Source of the DNA: Methanobacteriota archaeon
GTDB taxonomy: Archaea; Thermoplasmatota; Poseidoniia; Poseidoniales; Poseidoniaceae
Direction of reading: 5' to 3'
NCBI GenBank assembly: GCA_002715725.1
Contig: PAZU01000006.1
Location: forward strand, 1 to 50,806
DNA length: 50,806 nt
Shown here in pieces: positions 41,401 through 48,005 of the stretch. The translations under genes were made by a program, and so were the position numbers. Position 1 is the first letter of the stretch. The number at the start of each line of letters is the position of its first letter. The notes below the pieces were generated by a model. That model saw only the letters and a program-made list of their open reading frames with translations, did not search any database and was not told where the DNA came from.

Positions 41401-41541
41401 CATGAAGGTTATTGGTTCGTCCAGTTCATTGTTTGTCCAGTTAGGGACTGCTTGTGGCAGAGCTAAATCTGCGAATAAAAACATCAAAACCAATAGCAAA
41501 GAAGTCGTAATTTTACGGCGGTCACGGCTGTTCGTCGACAT
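32485..41541 (-). CDS. Giant (3018 aa) surface protein with seven DNRLRE/CBM96-like modules, FN3-like spacers, an Ig-like stalk and a C-terminal TM
   Basis: Recurrent D(T/S/A)x(I/V)...N...G / W-x-E-xx-TW / RPxL modules; spacers with Y-x-W-x-V-x-A...GxW; TM GILAILVVIVLLVVIVMVL; poly-D/E tail. Confidence 0.8.
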   Translation of the reverse strand: MSTNSRDRRKITTSLLLVLMFLFADLALPQAVPNWTNNELDEPITFMQTTSSFNVSKDAGIQSSNPNSNYGSDETATLGLGVSGESRILISFNNSVPSGDMVTDSTLELTCGIDPLTIGTIDIFSSRLKTSWDEANVTWNSPDDGQNWGLSGADDDSDHGAWEPPFYGYANNTFTINVTAIVQDAVINSRGSIDIILAATGSEYTCHMSESTDSSSRPSLSITHQNGTHSNGGSLAPNFVDDGAALMDEDEFLLKAATNPELSWVSMSGNNAQVQLSNNIDFKSDSDSAWYYNTIDNSSLFTINTAAGEGSMVVPNGHELSNSTTMYYRMRAIDSAGTIGAWNTGNFHLPGHSVSLVDGYGQFSFSFDDLGLVEKTIEDSFIDSSNVAKNTNMGSDGNITVGSSSSTDQYGLLRINLDDIGMHDNSSIVSAILSLERLSFSGSPVVSFHIMDGEDWTETGVTWRKYDGTYYWDDGGRMPSMSVGLFEGDQSSSTIEVNLTAAIQKWIDDNNAASSSATSTSDSIELMMVASTWGIEESSSKFVNLCSTEATGCDQPSLEITYDWGSNGPPASPSHVSPLDGYPVWNLSGDNLSGNTMPTLSWDGSISWSGDMLMQVATDSEYRNIVRSFNTATTSEFTETDGNWSVPGNDSLQDGVMYHWRLAQVDSSSHHHSWWSTSSFLVSGLESEYLQDDEHRLRLAHGNATTAGDAPSCEDTYIDSGTASNNYNGEDEMQVSYNTFPSETSILIGCDLTSHLLPSGYAVKTASLKMRLADYPSGTPTLGAWESRQHNWSESVATWSTYDGTNSWGTSGAKGWERAGLLDTESLGNSYSAGDWVELDITLAVQNAMRENRSVDLILGIIGVGSGGDRDALFYPNSANAANRPEISFVYVPGSDALPSEPVPQSPLNGSWSVENGINPAPETSPQLSWNLSSAGVSIGGWSIEMDTTSTFNSPDLIMATSWTDTGFNITNQTFDMTSTLETGNTWYWRVRATSATNQIGNWSEPFHFLLPDITTWSIDSNTAAVELHHRQAMPALNLPNFIDTWVADSGVGATSDQSSSSTFKVGTSSAGENATALIKIPLTELPNPQNAHISDAVLKMYAQFGSDTGNAVSIHPALVAWNTSANGTTYDGVNNWSSPGAMGTSDRGGMSDVQQGASADWMEFDVTELVQDAFANSETHLSLMIVGSIGEGQTIFSSTDGTANERPWLNLTWSSGNASSPEVAGTNTNPTVDEIIWDTSTHALLPGATPSFTWSHPNSSNVDDWRIFIWEDYNDERAGWTVYDSRDSSEGWDLTNLAWTSPDNLSTGESYEWFVQPITDDILGAKGQDTIFHIPAATGNSINSTDAEISLQEGQIVDALEYPAIFMDTYIDSGSTNSAYESSQRLLMGRSNLSSSLNYRSVSFVMVNWSSMPIPASHEFISATLTLNKLSGGENGQESIRIAVCEIFDEWNESATWNGPTGGNSAYTEQAHSSGCDTPFEITSMDHEDYTVDFDITYAVQHAHANGTDKVNLAFWIINDTTDEWHFASSDYTSDETKRPELSLEWRTGTQWLPSKPTNLYPLDGETIWNETASRPRGADITTMNWSSSVNNETRWIMEYSTESSFTIENRTFLYDFTDNGTFDGIWDLSNLAYTIENNITGDYWLYWRVRADQDHRLGKWSPVSSFRVPGEIGSDDGAGNNTVTLYQGSVFEDTGDLPGVPDATIDSNRANSALGENGQLDLGISSGGSGESKIYLTFDLSELPFPTAMTPTNALLSLYRHNVTGTSSLTVSAHACDTFAEDTVTWNTAPTCSSSEVTRSTMLVTPTNGWQIWDITSLAQSNAANGNDTLTIMLQSVGTPSSGHSFHDNFHSQYRPKLVLDYVDNVDGVIPPGQPTLTYPGDGDILYNTSTWELESLDKPQLTWNNVSDATGYVVTIADTNGEMKYKSWEDTEINGTTFTFSQDLTAGEVYTWWVQAINGSIPGPSSSRRAFAIGSPVDHSYNNDHTWTYTFQTGNEVADLGHTNIRDSYIGSGFVNMNHGSESMLVGTNCEGANTECRMIFALDNSQIPLPMAAKIHSASINLQVESAAAGTMTLSVHRLLTNAWSQAGSTWNNSEAGIPWSAGGMAAGVEYDSTPISSVTINSGTTEVWLDIGYASMQMDGDHAWIVIASTPAGSPSWVEFYSSENSLDERPKIMINYTDVHSVSISPSGSTTDADTQVQFSHILNDALGGMVAEDVVWSVSDGSINSTGMFTPQFVGTHDVTACFGVICTTESITVTPGAPMTLVVEDTSTTITADEYFTIFAHVEDQHGNEVGGELITYQVTNGSMQQVKVFAPYNSGVQTVTVGWGTQTIDVTITVVGGLPVYYETTGCEDIIHAGETCQLNWTLHDQFGNMLNLEVGGGISWTVGGGVFTESNGTFFAMTVGNYVINMTSTGGIYHEIPIQITHGEMMSLEVNASETFVTADDIVWLNTTRIDIMGNRLSVVIPHENWTISDGMITAGQPAEWHAQRRGSKTLTASYAGMESSVVVQVSEGAITGLVLVIDSVDSTGSLQEITADDEITIKVKAVDSDGNRWTENVAWTIEHNQFTDQSVLQEMTYGSTTMFVPIFASDTFYTLRATYNDANVTIEVTLDISVDNGDLVSVSLIQPVSLNQNIDADNSLQFLPQLTDSDGNIIDSSIVSYTLENLDSGETSDITSIIVGNAGVWEATAVGNWSITAWAISSSGYNISETVTISVEHGDAVTVEIGVIANTAKAGDVYDLTITGTDADGNTFLESVLWTQDNKAVPASTIEGSGGEYNWSATTAGEHSFKFRSPSGAEDTWTVTVVAHQTVNRIELTIVDDSVLQLETFNIEVRTFDAWENEIPVPPETQVKLTGRMSAELTENGKWTITTLDAEEQTVTISVHNKEVSDTIVVEGTFMGFFEAGGTLYYAGGILAILVVIVLLVVIVMVLRSGGSDYDDDDDDDDYQYEEEEEQPPAAAGPSGPPLVERGREDWMTDYRLDEEDVEWGEDENGTWWYRDPGTTEWSEWAD

Positions 41542-41588
41542 GGGGCTCGCACTACCACCGGAGGAGGGGGTATAGGTTCCTTTCGGCT

Positions 41589-41607
41589 GGCCACCCGTAG
41601 GGTGGCC
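41589..41607. promoter_or_regulatory. Intergenic perfect inverted repeat GGCCACCC-GTA-GGGTGGCC
   Basis: Read directly; lies between the divergent giant surface-protein gene and rfcS. Confidence 0.5.
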
Positions 41608-41673
41608 GGTTCAAATGGAGACAATTTTGGCTAAAGCGAAGGTTCAAGTTCGTCCTGTTATGACTAGTGCAGT

Positions 41674-42627
41674 ATGAGCGAACTCTGGGTTGAACGCCAT
41701 CGGCCTCGGACGGTCGGAGACATCCGCGGTCAATCCTCAGTCGTTCAACGATTGGCTTCCTATGCCAATTTGGCAGACTTCCCTCATCTACTATTCGCCG
41801 GACCTCCTGGTACCGGCAAAACAACTGCTGCAATGGCTTTGACAAGGGATGTTTTCGGCCCAGAATTCAGGAATAATCTATTGGAAATGAATGCAAGCGA
41901 TGAAAGGAAGTTGGAAAGCATCAGAACTAAAGTAAAACAATTTGCTAGAACTTCACCCTATGGAGATGCAAAATTCAAAATTATTTTCCTCGACGAAGCG
42001 GATGCCTTAACTCACGATGCACAGGGTGCATTAAGGAGAATAATGGAACAATATGCGCAGACTTGTCGCTTTATTCTATCATGTAATTATTCCAGTAAAA
42101 TTATCGAACCAATTCAGAGCCGATGTGCAGTGTTTAGATTCAGACCTCTTGCCGATGCCGATGTCTTAGAACAAGTCAAATATGTTGCTAATTCGGAAAA
42201 AGTTGGACTTGATGATGAAGCAGCTGAAGCACTAGTTAGAATCTCTCAAGGCGATCTAAGGAAGGCTATTACAGCACTCCAAGTTGCTGCTGCTCTGGAA
42301 AAAAATGTGTCACGTTCTCTGATCTATGAGACGAGTGCAACCGCTCCTCCAGAATCTCTTCATCAGTATCTAATGGCGTGCCGACAAGATGGATTCCATG
42401 CAGCACGTCGTAGATTACGAGAGTTACTTGACAAGTATGGTCTAGCAGGAACAGATTTTGTTAACCAATTACATCGAGAATTGTTTGGTGCAGATTTCTT
42501 GTCTGAAATTCAGAAGTTAGAACTTACAGAACTAATGGCTGAAATCGATTTCAGATTAGTCGAAGGTGGCGGTGAAGCAATCCAATTAGATGCCTTGACT
42601 GCAAGACTGTCAAAATTACTCAGTTGA
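41674..42627 (+). CDS. rfcS: Replication factor C small subunit
   Basis: LWVERHRP, GPPGTGKTT, LEMNASDER, IIFLDEAD, IQSRC, GDLRKAI; no intein. Confidence 0.96.
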   Translation: MSELWVERHRPRTVGDIRGQSSVVQRLASYANLADFPHLLFAGPPGTGKTTAAMALTRDVFGPEFRNNLLEMNASDERKLESIRTKVKQFARTSPYGDAKFKIIFLDEADALTHDAQGALRRIMEQYAQTCRFILSCNYSSKIIEPIQSRCAVFRFRPLADADVLEQVKYVANSEKVGLDDEAAEALVRISQGDLRKAITALQVAAALEKNVSRSLIYETSATAPPESLHQYLMACRQDGFHAARRRLRELLDKYGLAGTDFVNQLHRELFGADFLSEIQKLELTELMAEIDFRLVEGGGEAIQLDALTARLSKLLS

Positions 42628-43467
42628 ATCTTCTTCAACCAATTCATCTATGACTAGGGTCATGGTTACCGTCCTTGTATTTTCCCAAGGGTCACCATCT
42701 TCTGTAACCTTGATTACAAAGTCATAACTTCCTTCAGTCAAACCTTCAGGTACAGCGATAGCCACTGGGTAGTCAATATCTTTGTGAGAGCGAACTGAAT
42801 CTAAAGCAGAAGCATCCGAACTTTCGATATCCTGCCATGAATTATTGGCACTATCCCCGTTGAAAGTAATCGTATATTTTGCATCGGAAGCATCGAAATT
42901 ATCGGTGAATGCTAGAACTATGAAATGTGTCCCAGTATAGCCCTCAGTGAGTGTTAATTCACCCTTGGATGATTTTGTGAAATCATAACCTTCTTCGGTC
43001 GATGTAATCATTCCCCATCCATCATCAACTTCGGGAGCGACAATATCTGCGAATGGAGCATTGGTAAGTAAAAATGTCAGAGCTAGCCATGTAAAAATAT
43101 GCAAGAATGAGGCCTTGAACCAGGTTCCTTTGGTATAATGTTCAACGAATTTCTCAGGCAATATTGCACGATGAATCGAAGGTAGTAGGAAAATCGCCAT
43201 CATAGGAATAAACCAAAGCATATCTGCATTATCTTGCGCACTAGGCATTGCAACATATCTCATCAATAGAGACATAGTAGCAGCAAATGAAATCACTAGC
43301 CACATCGAAATTGTATCTGCCTTTTCCTTTGAAACATGTTTGACCGGATCGAAAGATTCGATTCCCATATCTGCACCAGAGCGATTTTTCTTTCTCTCCT
43401 TGTCACCAGTGCCACGATTTCTCCTTTCTCCGGCTGCCGCGGCCATGGCAGTACTGATGTCGACCAT
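42616..43467 (-). CDS. Hypothetical membrane protein with three TM segments and a C-terminal beta domain
   Basis: Long ORF with hydrophobic segments; ATG 43467 preferred to TTG 43518. Confidence 0.65.
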   Translation of the reverse strand: MVDISTAMAAAAGERRNRGTGDKERKKNRSGADMGIESFDPVKHVSKEKADTISMWLVISFAATMSLLMRYVAMPSAQDNADMLWFIPMMAIFLLPSIHRAILPEKFVEHYTKGTWFKASFLHIFTWLALTFLLTNAPFADIVAPEVDDGWGMITSTEEGYDFTKSSKGELTLTEGYTGTHFIVLAFTDNFDASDAKYTITFNGDSANNSWQDIESSDASALDSVRSHKDIDYPVAIAVPEGLTEGSYDFVIKVTEDGDPWENTRTVTMTLVIDELVEEDSTE

Positions 43468-43588
43468 CAGAAGTCCGGATAGTTGCCAGTGAATGAAGCC
43501 TGTGGTCGATAAATCCAATTCGAGCGACCCCTAATCTTGAGATTAGGCCGCATTATTCAAAGAGGGGTGTACGGTGGGCGGATTGCTT

Positions 43589-43717
43589 GCCGGGGTGGCG
43601 TAGTTGGTGGCGCGTCGGACTCATAGGGCAGTTCTAAGGAACTTTTTGTGACGTACCAAAGCCCCTTCACATGTCTGAGACATCCGAAGGTCGCGGGTTC
43701 AAGCCCCGCTCCCGGCA
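43589..43717 (+). tRNA. tRNA-Met(CAU), probably elongator, with a 56-nt intron (43626-43681) at position 37/38
   Basis: Acceptor GCCGGGG/TCCCGGC-A; D arm GCGT/GCGC; anticodon stem TCGGA/TCCGA; anticodon CAT at 43622-43624; T arm GCGGG-TTCAAGC-CCCGC; BHB formed by a CUCA/UGAG helix with UAG and ACA bulges. Confidence 0.93.
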
Positions 43718-43847
43718 CCTAACAAACTCCAGTGTTGGGTGCTAGACTTCGCGAGTTTCTAACATTAACAAAAAGCGCAGGAATTAATTTACAATTCAAA
43801 CAATGCAATATAACAGATTGAATCCAGAATAAAATAGGTGTGCTTGA

Positions 43848-46610
43848 ATGAAGAGATTTTTCGATGGGATGACTAGTTTCAGTACAGAGAGGCCTAAAAC
43901 GACAATTGCGATAATACTGGTCTTCATTTTTTCATTGACTCCCAATGCTATGTTCATCAATTTTGACAACAGTGAAGATGCATTCTTTCCAGACAATGAA
44001 ACTGTTAGATTGCTAAATGAAGTTGAAGATGAATATCAAGCATCAATCGATTTCATACGCTTCATCGACGATATTGATTCAGGCGACCTGTATGAAGAAT
44101 CCACTTGGCAACAATTAGCAATGCTGGAAGCTATTTTGCTTGAGAATCAAGACTTAGAAGAGTACCAGTATCCGTTATTTGGAATACAGCCGAACAATGG
44201 CATGGCTAGTGCTGCAATACAGTGGCACAACTTGCAAGACCCACTAACTGCAAGTTCATGGATTGAGGATTTACAAATCGCTATCGATGCTGCTGCCTCT
44301 TCTGACAATGCTAGCCTGGCAAGTAATCTTGCAAATCTTACAGAAGCAGGAAACAATCTGCCAAGTCCAGAATTAGTCAGTGCTAGTGATTTGAGGAATT
44401 GGGTACCAGAAGATCCCAATTTATGGCTTGAAAGAATCGATAGTGGAGCTAATCTAACTTCAAATTTGTCAGTACTATCCCTCGACCTTACCAATCTAAT
44501 TCAAGGCCCGAACAGTAGTGAAATTGCAATGGTTGCAGGACCGATTTCCGGAAAAATTGGAATACTAATGGGTATGCAGTCAATTGATTATCGCTCAATG
44601 ATGATTTCTAACCTACCCGCTGAAGATTCAACCGAACCTTGGAACTCTGATGGTCCAGTACTCACTACTTTCGTTGTTGTAACAGAGCCAGGGGAACACG
44701 GTGTTGAAGTGATTGGAGATGTTCAAGAAAAGGTTTCTGAATGGGCTGACGAACTTGCCTCACAAGCCAAATCTGAAACTGGTGATTCAGAAATTACAGT
44801 ATTCTCATTTTCACAACTTGCAACAGGACAAAATGCAAATTTAGGCAAAGAATTGGGAATACTAAACTCCCTATGTTTGCTACTTCTAGGATTCATATTG
44901 TGGACAAAATTCCGAAGCAAGCGAGATACTGCAAATGTATTGATGCTTACAGTTCTAGCAATCCTGTCCACTTATGGTATGGCAGGATTACTGACTTTAT
45001 TGGGTGTGAAAATGGTATTCAATGCGGCAATGAATTCTATCCCAATTCTGTTGTTAGCAATTGGTGTTGACTATGGATTACACGTAGTGGCTAGAATTAG
45101 GGAGGAGTTACAAAACCAAGAGAAGGCCGACCCACAGGGTAGGGAAAATCTGAGAGATTTCTCTGTTGAAGCAAGAAGAATTGCCATTCGTAAAGGAACT
45201 ATACTTACCTCTGCAGCATTGATGGTTGCTATCTTTACAGACATGGTTGGATTCCTTTCATTCCGCTTCTCCTCACAGCAATTCTTAGTTTCATTCGGTA
45301 CAGTTATCGCAATAGGTTTGTTTTTCATCTATCTATTGAGTATCACTGCATTACCTGCATTGATGATGATTATACCACCAAAGAAATTGCCTTTAGAAAA
45401 GTCAGGGAAGAACGACATTGGTCCAATTTCATCATGGATAGGTTCACTTGTGCATGCTCCTCAAAAAGTGATATTGGTTGCGATATTAATTTCAGTTCCA
45501 ATGTTCCTTGGATTCCAACAATTGGAAGTTGGATTCGATACTAGAGAAAATTTCGATGAATCGGTTCCTGTTGTCCAAGATTTCTTCTTAATTGCCGATG
45601 AATTCCAAAGCAGCCCCTCTCCTTTGTATGCCGTGGTTGAAGGTAACGTTATTTCTCAAGATGGAAGAGAACTCTATGACAGTACCATTTCTGAATTGTT
45701 ACAAAATTCAAAGACAGCAGGTCTACCAGTTGGAATATGGGGGATATTAGAGGAATCTCGAGGAACAAATAGCGAACTAGATTCACTGATGAATGATTTG
45801 GGCGATGATGAATCGACTTGGTTTGCTCTAGAAACTTGGCTGCTCAGCGAAGCAGGAAGAAATATTTCTTCAGGAAATTTGAATTCTGATGCATCACAAA
45901 CCGTAATTTCGTTCCAAGCAGCAACTTTGAATTGGCAAGCTACTGTAGATTTTGAATCTGATTTGTCAAAGAATCTTACAGATTTAGCGAAGGAAAGCGA
46001 TGGAGAATTCACGGTTCAATTGTCGGGTAGATCTCTAATTGTAGCACAAGTCACTGCTGATGTAGCAGATTCTGCAGTCGTTTCTACAGGTACTGTTGCA
46101 GCGGTGATTTTGCTAATGCTCGTTGGAATAAATACAGTGAGGCAAAAAAATGTAATTCGAGGCGTAGCGAGAGGTTTCGTAACTTGGGTTCCATTGATGG
46201 TAGTAGTTGTATGGGTCTATGGAATAATGGGCCTTACTGGTTATCAATTGAACTCTCAAACAGTGACAATTGGTGCATTAACTCTTGGTTTGGGTGTTGA
46301 CTATGCCGTACACTTGACCACGAGGCTAGAAGAAGAAGTCGAGCATGCCCCAAGTGCTGACCCTGCCGTTTGGTCATCCAAAACTACCGCAACTACTGGC
46401 CGAGCAATGTTTGGTGCAGCATTAACAACTGCAGGTGGATTTTCAGTTCTAAATTTCTCATCACTTGTCCCATTACAATTGTTCGGACAGGTTTTCGTGG
46501 TTGCAATAGTTCTTGCATTAGTTTCTAGCTTGTTTGTATTACCGGCGCTGTACACTCCATTCCTCAAGCAAGATGCAAAGAAGTATCTTGCGAATACTGA
46601 GAGTGAGTAA
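43848..46610 (+). CDS. MMPL/RND superfamily transporter
   Basis: Two repeats of TM + large extracytoplasmic loop + 5 TM; GVDYGLH and GVDYAVH motifs; TTAGGF; LPAL ends. Confidence 0.9.
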   Translation: MKRFFDGMTSFSTERPKTTIAIILVFIFSLTPNAMFINFDNSEDAFFPDNETVRLLNEVEDEYQASIDFIRFIDDIDSGDLYEESTWQQLAMLEAILLENQDLEEYQYPLFGIQPNNGMASAAIQWHNLQDPLTASSWIEDLQIAIDAAASSDNASLASNLANLTEAGNNLPSPELVSASDLRNWVPEDPNLWLERIDSGANLTSNLSVLSLDLTNLIQGPNSSEIAMVAGPISGKIGILMGMQSIDYRSMMISNLPAEDSTEPWNSDGPVLTTFVVVTEPGEHGVEVIGDVQEKVSEWADELASQAKSETGDSEITVFSFSQLATGQNANLGKELGILNSLCLLLLGFILWTKFRSKRDTANVLMLTVLAILSTYGMAGLLTLLGVKMVFNAAMNSIPILLLAIGVDYGLHVVARIREELQNQEKADPQGRENLRDFSVEARRIAIRKGTILTSAALMVAIFTDMVGFLSFRFSSQQFLVSFGTVIAIGLFFIYLLSITALPALMMIIPPKKLPLEKSGKNDIGPISSWIGSLVHAPQKVILVAILISVPMFLGFQQLEVGFDTRENFDESVPVVQDFFLIADEFQSSPSPLYAVVEGNVISQDGRELYDSTISELLQNSKTAGLPVGIWGILEESRGTNSELDSLMNDLGDDESTWFALETWLLSEAGRNISSGNLNSDASQTVISFQAATLNWQATVDFESDLSKNLTDLAKESDGEFTVQLSGRSLIVAQVTADVADSAVVSTGTVAAVILLMLVGINTVRQKNVIRGVARGFVTWVPLMVVVVWVYGIMGLTGYQLNSQTVTIGALTLGLGVDYAVHLTTRLEEEVEHAPSADPAVWSSKTTATTGRAMFGAALTTAGGFSVLNFSSLVPLQLFGQVFVVAIVLALVSSLFVLPALYTPFLKQDAKKYLANTESE

Positions 46611-46973
46611 TCAAACTGCTCGGTCTTCAAGTAATTCTAGAGGAATGATTTCCAGCGCCTTGACATTGGTTGCTTCTAAATCTACAGGGCATGCTTGTCC
46701 ATGGTTCAAAGCGTCGAGCCATGTACGCGCGCATACACACCATGAATCACCTGGCTTTAGGCCTGGGAAGTTGAAATGCGGTGCTGGTGTAATCAAATCA
46801 TTGCCTTTAGATTTAGCAAATTGCAGGAATTCTTCGGTAACGATAGCGCATATCGTGTGGGAACCCCTGTCCGAATCATCTGTGTTACAATGTCCATCAC
46901 GGTACCAGCCGGTTAGAGGCTTGCATGAGCACTCTCCGATATCATTGCCTATCACATTCTTCTGAGCGCCCAT
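46611..46973 (-). CDS. DUF2237 family protein
   Basis: NVIG...CSCKPLTGWYRDGHC...GNDLITP...FPGLKPGDSWCVCARTW...PVDLEAT pattern. Confidence 0.88.
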   Translation of the reverse strand: MGAQKNVIGNDIGECSCKPLTGWYRDGHCNTDDSDRGSHTICAIVTEEFLQFAKSKGNDLITPAPHFNFPGLKPGDSWCVCARTWLDALNHGQACPVDLEATNVKALEIIPLELLEDRAV

Positions 46974-47019
46974 GGGGTGTTGTCAAGAAAATTATACTTG
47001 AAATTATGTATAGTTTCAT

Positions 47020-47226
47020 TCATCTTGGCATAAAGAAAGTATTGGCCCATATTCCAATTGCCATAACTATGTACAAAATCATGCAAAACCAGAATGTTTT
47101 GGGGGCAAATTCTCTTGTTACCCATCCTTTTCCCTTTGCATGTACGCCTTGATTTACCCAGCAATAACCGGCATATAGTAGAATCATTATTGAGATTACT
47201 AAATTGATTATTAGTCGAATTTCCAT
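47020..47226 (-). CDS. Small two-TM hypothetical protein
   Basis: 68 aa, two hydrophobic helices, AGGTGA SD upstream of the ATG. Confidence 0.65.
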   Translation of the reverse strand: MEIRLIINLVISIMILLYAGYCWVNQGVHAKGKGWVTREFAPKTFWFCMILYIVMAIGIWANTFFMPR

Positions 47227-47234
47227 CTAATCAC

Positions 47235-47993
47235 CTATAGTCCACCTTGAGGGGGATTTCCGAAATCAGGTTGTGACATGTGAGTCTGATTTGGCGTAAC
47301 CGCTGGTGTTTGGGCACTGAGCATTTGATTGCCTGCAGGAGGCATGTACATCATTTCCTGGTTTTTGTTGTCCTTCATGGTTAATGCCATGATTCCACCA
47401 ATTATCAAGAATAAAACTCCACAGCAAATGCTGCCGGAACCGCCAACGAATCCGAGAATCATTATTCCTATGTCGTCACCCAATTCTTCACCAACCTTCT
47501 CATCATAGGTTACCCAGACACTTTGATTTGACTCAAATGAAACATTTCCTGCATAACATCCCCAGCAAGCACGGCCAATCTTGACTAGACCCTTGTTATC
47601 TCGATCATAATTCGTGTTTTTGTCATTAGCATCACATTGCTGATTTGCTTGAACTTCGTTGTAGAAATTACCATCTAACAATTCAGCCCATTCCCAAGAA
47701 TTGTTCACATCAGGACTTTCTGTGATTGTAACTTCGGTGTTTTGACAGACATCCCAGATGTCATTTCCATCCTTGTCTTCATAAACACCTTTAACCCAAA
47801 AAGTCAGCCCGACATCTCCCTTTCCATCTACGTCTTCAATCATGATTGTTCCATTAGTGGCATCTTCAAATTCAAATGTGTTCCAACTGTCTTTCAAGTC
47901 ATCTACTTGGCCTGCTCCTAATGCAAAACCTACAATGCCGATGACGGTTGCAATCGTTCCTATAATGAGTAATACTTTTGCTGCTGTATGCAT
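47235..47993 (-). CDS. Hypothetical membrane protein with N- and C-terminal TMs and an acidic, Cys-containing extracellular domain
   Basis: GAGGTGA SD; DxDGxxD loops (DVDGKGD, DKDGNDIWD); Gln/Pro/Met-rich tail. Confidence 0.7.
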   Translation of the reverse strand: MHTAAKVLLIIGTIATVIGIVGFALGAGQVDDLKDSWNTFEFEDATNGTIMIEDVDGKGDVGLTFWVKGVYEDKDGNDIWDVCQNTEVTITESPDVNNSWEWAELLDGNFYNEVQANQQCDANDKNTNYDRDNKGLVKIGRACWGCYAGNVSFESNQSVWVTYDEKVGEELGDDIGIMILGFVGGSGSICCGVLFLIIGGIMALTMKDNKNQEMMYMPPAGNQMLSAQTPAVTPNQTHMSQPDFGNPPQGGL

Positions 47994-48005
47994 ATTTTCA
48001 CCTCA

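Noticed and set aside
8431..41575. Numerous long plus-strand ORFs antisense to the large surface-protein genes (e.g. 8431-9099, 9244-9933)
   Set aside because: Fully nested antisense frames, Ser/Val-rich, as expected from the codon bias of acidic proteins; no motifs.
43530..43547. Inverted repeat CCTAATCT-TG-AGATTAGG upstream of the tRNA as a member of the CCC-KTA-GGG family
   Set aside because: The core is different. It may be a separate operator, but it is a single instance with no supporting evidence.
43648..43678. C/D-box guide RNA in the tRNA intron (GTGACGT ... CTGA)
   Set aside because: The box C match is poor, and CTGA is explained by the BHB helix requirement.
43589..43850. tRNA-Met as the integration site of a genomic island
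   Set aside because: No integrase, and no duplicate of the tRNA 3' end was noticed in the window.
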